A stretch of DNA of 57,898 nt, filler included, from Basidiobolus ranarum (Eukaryota), in NCBI GenBank assembly GCA_040143965.1. It is 2 parts of 2 records of this genome, joined end to end, with 100 filler letters (N's around TTAATTAATTAA, not from the genome) between each part and the next. Parts side by side here need not be neighbours in the genome. Positions count along the whole stretch, not along the records: positions 29,016 to 57,898 come from JASJQH010000111.1; 1 more part is not named here. One strand, given 5' to 3'. This document shows positions 50,664 to 57,898 of this stretch, piece by piece. Below the pieces are notes generated by a model, which was not told where the DNA came from, ran no database searches, and worked only from the letters and a program-made list of their open reading frames with translations. A program made the position numbers and the translations under genes. The number at the start of each line of letters is the position of its first letter. Position 1 is the first letter of the stretch.

Positions 50664-53600
50664 TTAGTACACGCCGGCGCCACTCATTTTACCTTGAATA
50701 ACTTGTTTGGCAACTTTACAACCCCATTTTACGAGGTCTTTTTCATTTTCATCCTTTAGAAGCTCACCACGTTTAACAAAGGTTTGAAGGAAAAATAATA
50801 CACCTTGCGCCAATGTAGGAATGGCAGTAACTTTAAGGAAGATACTGGCTAACTCGTTTATATCTCTCTTTGGACCGGATTGCGAAGTAATGATCATGTG
50901 AGAGAACATCATTTGGAAAAATACTCGAGTACGAGGCTTCAATTTGGTGAAGGAAACAGTCTGTAATAGAGTAAAGAATGATTAGCGTTCAATACCTTGA
51001 CCAACCAAATAAAACCGCAATTACCTTGAGAATTATTAGAGAAAGGGAACCATCAGCTAACAAGAAGGCAAACATTCTAGCAAGATTAACCACTCTTCGG
51101 AGGGGCACTTGATTACCACTATCCGTTGAGGGGGTCGAAGAGGATTTCAACATTTCCATACCACCCACATCGGATTCACCCATTTCTCTCATGAAATCCC
51201 ATAGAGAGTATTGGAAAGTAACCTTGAAGCTATGCTTGATCGAACAAAACTTCTGACCCACTAGAGAATAGTACGGATTATAGGTTTGCTCCTGCAAAGA
51301 GATAGATACGTTAGTTAGTGTTGAGAATTGAGTTAACTAAACATCATACATTTCCGCTGCATTGGACCAACACGCGGACGATTTCTCTTTCTTGGATCTC
51401 CTTCAAGCCTAATTTGAGTAATCTTTCAAAAGCATCTACGTAGTCCTGTGGGAAAAGTTCTTTGAGAAATTGTTACGGTGAAGACACTCAAAACTAATCA
51501 GATCTTACATCACTCGTCATAAGTATGATGAATACGCTTCGACGAACATCCGTGTTCATATTTTGCTTCCGGGCCAACTCTATCAATTGCTCGTTTGCTT
51601 CGTCCTTCTGGACTTTCTTGGCAGCTTCGGAAATCTCTTCGCCGTGTCCCACCCAAGAGGACCCAACAAGCCACCATTTACCTGTAAAGAGAAGAATGAA
51701 TATTGGCTATGTCTAGAATTACGAAGCTTGTGCAAGCGTTACCTTTGACGTCGATCGAATGAATATCCTCCAAGCTAACACCAAGGGGTTCGGAGCCAAA
51801 AACTGAAACAAGTCACAAGAATACTTAGTGCTTAGTTCGCTATGAAATCAACATCAAGAATAAATACCGTGACGTTTTTTGCTCAGATTGTTCAAAAACT
51901 TCTTCATTCGTGTAACGTTCTCTGAATTGGACCCGCTCGCTTTGACTCGGTTATTCTTCAAATTTGTCATGGTTTCTATCATGAACTTGAGTCGGGAGCT
52001 AAGATGAATCTGCGTCAATAACCTTGGAAGGATGTTAGCTAATAAGACCTAGTACTTACCCCATGGATTCTGAGTCTCTCTTGGCAACGTCTGCTTGAAT
52101 CAACAAGATGATTTCCTTGAACGAGGCAGGATTCTCTTGTCTCAGTTGATGACCAGCGGCTAAATGCAAAGGTTAATCTCCTTCAACACCTTGCAGCAAA
52201 GAGAACCAGGACAAACCTTTTAACAGCTTGAGTAGAAGCTCAACATTCAATTCGTTCAAGTCATCGATGAGGACCTTAATGATATCGTAAACCAGAGTAT
52301 TTGAGATGACTTGGAAGTTGTAAAGCTCAGCTATAAGCATAATCAAATTGTTGCATTCTTTGCCAAACAACTCCTCGTCGTCATGGTCAACGTTCTTTTG
52401 GTTGACGTTGGCCATCTTGGAATACTTCTTGTGATGCTCTTCGAAAGACTCAACCAAGGTCTGCACAAAATGAGCCCCTGATGTGGAATTAACATTAGGA
52501 CAAGATAAAAACGACATTATCGGTGTGGAACGTACCGGCTTCAACACCAATGATTCTGTATAACGAGCAAACCAAACCAGCATTAATGATCAAGTAAGAA
52601 TCGATAAGGTTGGTCTTGCTGGAAAGAGCACTGAGAATTAAGTTGGTGATGGTTGTGGTAACATCTGATGGCACAAAATGTTAGCGATAAATCGGCGTTG
52701 TCCATTATTCAATACATGTCTATCCATACCGTTACGACTGTATTTACGGTAAATCTCCTCAATATCGGACAGGATGGCCTCCATGTTGGTTTCACTCAAC
52801 CTAAACGTACATTGTTAGCGTAGTTACGATGATGTTGTAGAAGCTCGCCTTCTTACTTATTGATAAGACCCTGTAGTTGTCTCTGAAGTCGAATTTGCTG
52901 CTCAGATTTTCCAGCATCTTTTTGGAGGTTTCTTAGATGCGGGGGGATGTATTTGACTAATGAAAAACCAATAAGCAACTTCAACTAGTACTCAGCTAAC
53001 AAATACTAGCTCTAACCTTCGGGCTTGCTCTCGCTAACGTCTTCTTCTGGCTGCGCCTCATTATCATCCTCACTAGCATCAAGTTCCTCATCATTATCCT
53101 CGCTTTCCTCATCTTCACTTTCTTCTTCGCTCATTCCCATCTCCTCGTCCTCATCATCATCATTCATAGGCACTTCCTCACTATCGAAATCTTCTACATA
53201 ACCGTAAATAACCAGTAAATATCAACACTTTGAGGTCCCAACATTTAGAGAATCAGATACCATCTTCTATCTCTTCAGAATCCATATCAGAGTCATAATC
53301 TTCCATAACTTCTGAACCCTCGCTGTCCTCGTCTGTAGGATGCTCTTGAAGGTGCAAATCGCCATCCTTTACAATGTAGAGTTAGTCGCCAATGCAAAAA
53401 CATCGAATAGATGATGCGAAAGCTACCTCATCATCATCATCATCGTCATCATTCTTTTTCGACTTTGACAGAAGCTTGCTTGATCCAACTTTAAGTCCAT
53501 CGAGAATGACTAAATAATACAATAGCAGTTTAACACAGGCTTTAACACGACTTTGGAGATTCGATTGTGCTTCTTCGCACTTGTATACTAACAATCAAGG

Positions 53601-54275
53601 CCATCCTCAACAAAACTCTGCTTCAATTTTCCACCCTTCTTGATGCCTAATTTGCTTTCTAGGCGTCTCATTTCCAATTCATCTGCATCAGAGGTGCTAG
53701 AGGCACCAGTTCCTTCTACCAGATTGGAGTTTTGTAGTAATTTGAAAAAGTTGGGGTTGGATTTGGATAGTTTTTCGAGTTGGTTATTCATTTTCTCGAC
53801 TTTCTTTGCCGCCGGTTTCTTTTCTTCCACTTTTTCTATTTTCTGACGTTTCATGGGTGGTTCCCTTTCCTGTAAATTGAAGTAAAAGTTTAAACTCGCA
53901 CCAAGCTAACAAAAATATAGGTATATTAATTAAGTACAGTTTTGGGTGTAGGAGCCTTTTGACGTTTCTTCTGTAAACGAGCTTGTTTACGTTTATCTTT
54001 ACGTGACTGAGCTCTATTTTTGAATTTCTTGCTAAAATCACGGTCGTCTTCTTGTTCTGAATAGACAAGTCAAGAATTCAGGTGGTTTGATTAGAGAAAA
54101 TTATGGTAAATATATACACTAGTACTACGGATAATTTTTAATCGCTTCTGTCGCAAGAGGCAATAAATAAACTACCTTGTGTGCTCATTTCGTTCATTAA
54201 AGCTTGGGGCATTTTGGTGGTACTCTTCTTTTTGGCACCACCCATTCTGCGTCCGCCTCTATGTGTTGGTGGCAT
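50664..54275 (-). CDS. SGD1: Nucleolar MIF4G/MA3 protein Sgd1/NOM1, multi-exon
   Basis: KYIPPHLR, LQGLINKLSETN, AELYNFQVI, GKWWLVGSSW, MNTDVRRSVFIILMTSDDY, QEQTYNPYY, TFQYSLWD. Confidence 0.93.
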
Positions 54276-54550
54276 GTTGATGTGCTTCTTTTAGTTAAAA
54301 GATTAGTTTCTTGACGTAAACTCCGCCCTATTATATGATATATAGTACTGGAGGAGTTTTTTTCTTTTTTTTTAGAAAATATTTAGAACTTCATCCGGAG
54401 TGGTGATTATTCTGATTATAATCGTGCTTTAATTGAATCCAATTCCAGTATATTGATTAGTTGCCAAATGAGCCTACTACTTGGACAGATTCCATAATAG
54501 TATAGAACTGTTGATTTATTCTAAGAAATTTATTTCACTCTCATTTTACC

Positions 54551-55756
54551 ATGAGTTGACTGGATTTCGTTCATTCTTGGATATTTCTAAATGTTTAACA
54601 ACCTTAACATAGAAACACCACAACCGGTGAACTTTCTTTCACAAGTAAGACCCAATTCAACCTTCAAACTTGACTATTTTATGAGGTTGAAAGTTTGATC
54701 CGTCACATAGTCATATCTATTAAACCTTCCTCTTTTTTACAATAGGAAGTTACCACTCTGATCGTGAAGAATTTACCCCAGTTAGAAGAGAAAGATGTGA
54801 CAACATTTTTTCAACATTTTGGTGCACTACAAGTAAGACCTATGGAGACTAAGCAAATGGTAAATAGATTTCACCTTTACTTGGTTCAGTACTTCGAATG
54901 ACTGGCAGTAGCGGTTCGATTGTTACTTCATATCTGTACTCATAAACAACTTTCTCGTTGTGTTCTATAGAAAAACACGGCTTTTGTGGACTTTCCTGAT
55001 AGAAATACCGCTAGTATAGCTTTTGGCAGATTACAACATATAGATTTTCAAGGGAATAAATTACGCGTCGAATATGCCTTACCCAACAAAACAAGGTTCA
55101 ATAATAGTAATAATCTCTACAGTGCTCCCAACCAGCAATCACCTGGACAAAGTGCGGATAATATGAATACTTTGGATACTAATAGGTTGGTTATATATGG
55201 GAGGATTATCTCGTGTTGAAAAATGTCTAATAATATTGCTTTATAGCTCAACATATGTCCCCTCCAATTCAAACTCACTTGGCTTTATGCCAGTAGATCA
55301 GAACAAATCCCTCCCCACTGATGCAGAGCCCATTGCACCTGAACTTGGGTAAATGTTCCTTAATTCCATGGTGCTACATCGATTAAACATGCTAACCACA
55401 CTTCTCTTGCATCTAGTATTAATTATCCATCACAGCCAAACTTATATTATCGATATCCGCCACCTACAGTGGATACCCTAAAGAATATCATGAATGCAAT
55501 CGTCGCGGTACCAAAATTATACACTCAAGTGTTACATTTAATGAACAAAATGAACTTACCCCCGCCTTTTGGTCCCGTTACCGCTACTCCTCCAATGGTA
55601 CACACTCATATCCTATTTCTTTCGAAACTATACTAACCTCTTCTTTTAAAGCTGGCCGAGAACGAAATCATTCCTGACGATACTAAGAAAACGAAGCCCA
55701 AAGATGAACTGGTGTGTACAGATGAATCTGAGATTGAGTCCAGTGACGAAGGTTGA
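54551..55756 (+). CDS. RNPC3: RNPC3 / U11/U12-65K-like protein (~245 aa, N-terminal RRM and conserved middle domain only), multi-exon
   Basis: RRM LIVKNLP...FFQHFGA..VRPM..|..TAFVDF...RLQHIDFQGNKLRVEYA, then EPIAPELGINYP...YRYPPP...NIMNAIVAVPKLYTQVLHLMNKMNLPPPF, and acidic ESEIESSDEG*. Confidence 0.87.
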
Positions 55757-55875
55757 AAGTAAATAGCAGTGTGTTTAGTGTGTAGCCAATTTGAATGTAA
55801 TACATAAGCATAGCCATAACCATAACATATAATATAAACACTTAGATCACATGATTTATTGATTCAAAAATGAAG

Positions 55876-57030
55876 CTAGCTGCGATCAAATTTATAGACG
55901 GTGGTTTGATGATAGCGGTCCTGTTTACCAAGAATCACTTGTGATTGCCACTCTGGATTGTTGATGGCATTTGGATACCTACAGCCTTCTAAACAGAGAC
56001 CAGCGTACTGCTGATAAGAAGTAGCCTTAGACTGGGTGGAGTGTTTGGCGGGCAAAGATCCATCTAAGAAGTTGGACGAGTACAAAACAAATGAAGGCTC
56101 ACTTGTATGCATCACCACTGAGATCCCAGTCTTGATGGATTTCACAGTGGCTGCATACTCCAATTTATCATCAATATGATCTGGCTTTTTAAGCACAAAC
56201 ACATGATCAAAGCCTTTTTGTGGCAAAAGTGCCATATTGTCACCCATCTTGGATTCTTTGGAAAAGTCTAGCCCCTGTATCGTATTGACTGGTAAAAGCG
56301 CACCAGTAGGTAACAAATCGCCACCCAATTCTAACACGTATTTACATTCAGACTGTAGCGTATGGTTTGTTACCGTTGATTCTAGCTCTGATCCGCTCAG
56401 ATTGAAATACATGTGATTGGTTAAACTGGCAAGTGTCTTTTGATCCTCGGGATTGGAAGAAGTTAAGCCGCCATCATATTCTAATTTTAGTTCATTGTCT
56501 TCTGTAACGGTGTAACGAATGCTGATTTCAAAGTTGCCGGGATAACCCTCTTCGCCATCGACTGAAAGATGGCTAAATTCTACACAGGCTGGACTTTCAC
56601 TGATGATTCTGCTTTTCCATACTTTCGAGTCGAAACCCACCAAACCACCATGCAAGTGGTTAGGAGCTTCGTTAGCACTCAACTCATACTCCTTGGAGTT
56701 GAGGGTAAATTTGGCGTTTACGATACTACGATAGAAGTTCAATAAAGCAACTATAGATTTATAAGGAGAGACTTCTTACCGTCCAGCGGTTCTTCCAACA
56801 ACACAGCCGAAGTATGGGTTGTTACCTTCTTTCCTAACCTTTAGATACTCCTCATACGTATCAAAGCCTAATAACAAGTCTCTGGAAACGCCTTGGTTAT
56901 CTCGAAATAATAGGTGGGTGACTGTGGCCCCAAAGTTCAATATCTTTACGGTAAGTTCGCCACTTTGGTTTGTCAAGGAATATTCGTATACTTCATCTTC
57001 CTTGGAGATGAGACTTTTTTGGACTGGCAT
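55876..57030 (-). CDS. GALM: Aldose 1-epimerase (galactose mutarotase), one intron
   Basis: NPYFGCVVGRTAGR, NHLHGG, EEGYPG, LTNHMYFNLSG, GFDH, YAGLCLE. Confidence 0.95.
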
Positions 57031-57705
57031 GTTCGTGGGAAATTGGTAGGGAAGAGACGCTTATGATGATGTTGAAGATGAGCCTCACATTTATATGGAT
57101 TGTCAATGTTTTGTAACGATCCAGAGCTCTTTCTCCGAGCAATTAATTGTAATAATAGATCAGCCTTAACATCATAAATATACCCAAATTGAGTCTACTA
57201 CTGTGGTTGGGTATTGACGATTTGGATAGGGTACCACCAATAATTGCTCTCATTTCACACAAGCCACTGAACTTTTGGGAGGAAATAATCGAATTCACTG
57301 ATAAATATATGATCTAATTCAGGATTGCGTAATTTAATTAAGACTTCATCAGCATTAAATACTCTATATCAAACGTATGACTGTGGGATTGGTTAAATGC
57401 TTCCGAAATATCGATATTAAAGTGATAATTAGTTGAATTCTAATAATGGAAAAATGGCTTAGGGGAGATGCTTAATTCCAGTGACCGGTTGGATTGGGTT
57501 TGGACTGTTCAATTGTGTTAATAAATATTCATTCATCTATTCCTACGCAATCCTATTTCTTCGTAATACTCATTCAACAGTGAACTTGTTATACATACAC
57601 TTTACAATAGTATTACCACCCCACATTAAAGAATAACTTTACCTACACCATTACCTGTTTGCTTTGAAGTCTCCGAGTTTCATAGCTTCCTTTTCTCAAA
57701 ATATT

Positions 57706-57898
57706 ATGAGCGAACCCACCAAAGAAGAGACCCAAGAGATATTTAAAAAACTATTATCTCGTCGAGAAAATAAGGTAATTTCTTCTAATTATTTTAAGGG
57801 GGGAGGGAGGTAGACAGTTTGAATCTTATTCCTAACCAACAAGTTTTTTCTTCTCATAGGTTTGTTTCGATTGTCAGGCCAATAACCCAATTTGGTCT
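57706..57898 (+). CDS. GLO3: ArfGAP (Glo3/ARFGAP2-3-like), 5' fragment
   Basis: MSEPTKEETQEIFKKLLSRRENK|VCFDCQANNPIWS, running off the window edge. Confidence 0.88.

Noticed and set aside
54905..54925. GGTTCGA as a tRNA T-loop
   Set aside because: Inside an RNPC3 intron, with no cloverleaf around it.

Overview
AT-rich, gene-dense, intron-rich eukaryotic nuclear DNA with short GT-AG introns, most consistent with an early-diverging (non-Dikarya) fungus. The lineage is inferred from gene content (DASH Ask1, Hom2, Atg22 and a secreted tyrosinase, alongside CHERP-like and minor-spliceosome RNPC3-like genes). The window is two sequences joined by an artificial spacer (N44-TTAATTAATTAA-N44, 28916-29015), so adjacency across it is not evidence of linkage. 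About 26 protein-coding genes are recognisable, mostly housekeeping. The most notable observations are: (1) a Gfo/Idh/MocA oxidoreductase that keeps its Rossmann motif but lacks the EKP lysine and catalytic histidine (candidate pseudoenzyme); (2) a ~630-nt hairpin-rich intergenic segment (candidate structured ncRNA); (3) an Argonaute with a 1-nt frameshift that a cryptic 53-nt intron could rescue; (4) a CpG-free Ty1/copia relic whose gag lies between two inward-facing LTRs; (5) an RNPC3 (U11/U12-65K) gene lacking its C-terminal RRM; (6) a 30-bp-periodic GATA array upstream of ATG22. No rRNA, tRNA or CRISPR was recognised. Spliced gene coordinates are outer start/stop spans read by eye.
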